Shown here: one piece after another, positions 62,371-64,000 of the stretch
Layout: each line of letters begins with the position of its first letter
Position numbering within the stretch: position 1 is the stretch's first letter
Assembly: GCF_018977255.1 (NCBI RefSeq)
Contig: NW_024704745.1
Location: forward strand, 53,320,001 to 53,384,000
Reading direction: 5' to 3'
From: Callorhinchus milii
Taxonomy: Eukaryota
Length of the DNA stretch: 64,000 bases
Notes under the pieces: generated by a model
Database searches by the model: none
The model's input: the letters and a program-made list of their open reading frames with translations, nothing else
Told to the model about the DNA's origin: nothing
Position numbers and translations under genes: made by a program

Positions 62371-64000
62371 GGGTTAAAAATCTTTAATGTGAAATTAGTC
62401 ACAGGAGAATTTCTTAATCATTATTTCAGAGGGGTTCTCCTGCTTTAAGCAGTCCGCTTCACTTTATAAGGGGAGCAGGCCAGTGCTAGCAAGTGGAGTT
62501 ACATTCTCACACCAATTTGTCTTTTTCGTGTAAATGTGCCAGTATTATTTCCTGAGGTGTTGCACAGTAGAGTAATGCTGGCGTGCACTTAATGTTTTCT
62601 AGCCCATCTTAGCCTATATAGTGTCACAATTATGGCGCCAGGCAGTAAAGCGTGCTTCCTGTGTCTCAGACTGACACTGGAAAAGCGCTTGGTAATGAAA
62701 CGCATTTATCATTACAGCATCAAAAGAACAGGCATCTAATCTTTTATAACTTGATCTGCAGCAGGGAAGGATAGGGCTCAGGTTACCCTTCAGCATGAAG
62801 TGCACTTAACCCAAGCAACACTTTTTGTTCAAAAGGCAACGTAGTGTGAGGGGAGAGGGAGGGGTGTTAACCTTTCAGCTTGTAATTTGGGGGCAAATGA
62901 CAGAAAGAAAATCATTTGCTTTTGTAGATTTTAAAATTTAATTCAGCAAAAGGCAATGGCCAGGTTAAGATGATCTCACGTGGTGGGTTACAGAAATTGA
63001 GTGCTGGTTTGGCAGAGCCTTGACTTTAATTGTCTGTCCTGGGCAGGAAATGGAACCACTCCCCCCACACATTGTCTCCTACACCCCCTCCCTCCATATC
63101 CTATACCCCTGTGTGCAATTGGTACACATTATTTCCATAAACTCGGAATTCTGCCCAGTCTTAGCCTACAAGGCCATTTTTTAAAATTTAAGATGGCGTA
63201 GAATTATGAAAAATTCTTAAATTCTGTCTTAATTTGGAAGCCAGACAGACCTTTTGAGAACTATACGGAAAAAATTATGACTGAACTTTGAAGACTTTTT
63301 TTGTATCGTGAGGTAAGAGGCTGAGCTCAGTTGCAGCACCTGAACTGTAGCCCTGGTAAAGTCAATGCAGCTATAGCAAGCTGCGAAGCAGGTTCAAGAA
63401 TTTGAAGGGTTAATGTTGCTGAGAAACACTGGTCACCAGCTCATTATTAACAAATCTTTGAAAGGCCAGCAACTTTCTGACACGAGGCAGGGAGCTTCAG
63501 ATACAAAGCTTGAACTTTGATTACACTATTAGATAAGATTCGGAATAGATGAAACTTGAACCATCATATTGTCTAGGAGGCATTGAAATTATTGACTAAT
63601 ATTAGATTTGCCTTAAGATTGTTTTAAAAATTAAAGGGGTCAAATTTAGTACCACCTTTTGACTTCATCAGATAACCTGAGAGGTGGTATTCTTAACTGC
63701 AATCCAGCCAGTGGTGTATGCAGATTATGGTTGGTTGTTAATGACATAAATACAAAATCTTTTCCATTGGTTGTTAATTTTAGAATTACCCTCTGTATAC
63801 ATGTGTTTACATGTGGTTTGCACACGCCAGATGATTTACTCACAGTGAATTATAGAGCTATTGTAGCTCACACCTGAAACTCAGCACACAATGCAGTTAG
63901 GCAGGACATGCAAGAGATGCATTGAACAGAAGGACACTTCATAAGAACAACCATTACAATAATAACAATAATAATACAATGCAATATAAATTTACATTTA

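Larger units (their letters stand above)
16357..64000 (+). other. Probable intron 1 of the MAML-family gene (continues beyond the window)
   Basis: No further MAML-like ORF is present (exon 2 is a long Q/P/S-rich exon in this family). The region is repeat-rich and non-coding, and very long first introns are typical of MAML genes. Confidence 0.7.

Overview
Vertebrate genomic DNA, most likely from a cartilaginous fish. This is inferred from the repeat content: Deu-domain SINEs, L2, CR1 and a shark-type Penelope terminal repeat. The only host gene is the first coding exon of a Mastermind-like (MAML family) Notch co-activator at 15645 to at least 16020 (+). It lies in a CpG island rich in GA/CA microsatellites and carries a Q24 tract, and its splice donor falls in an assembly gap. 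Everything downstream (>47 kb) appears to be intron 1, and no second exon is visible. The rest is retroposon debris (L2, CR1, two SINE families sharing an L2-type tail, a third old repeat family, Penelope) plus palindromic MITE-like elements. I cannot show a new multi-gene system here. The best leads are: (i) the exon may belong to a MAMLD1-type fourth paralog that keeps the Notch-binding helix; (ii) a cluster of CSL sites in intron 1; (iii) a ~255-bp inverted duplication bracketing 2.2 kb upstream of the promoter; (iv) a Penelope hammerhead-ribozyme motif; (v) a covarying SINE/L2 tail stem-loop; (vi) a pre-miRNA-sized intronic hairpin; (vii) a GC-biased substitution signature at the island edge. 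Family names come from my recall of consensus sequences, not from database searches. Repeat boundaries are approximate.
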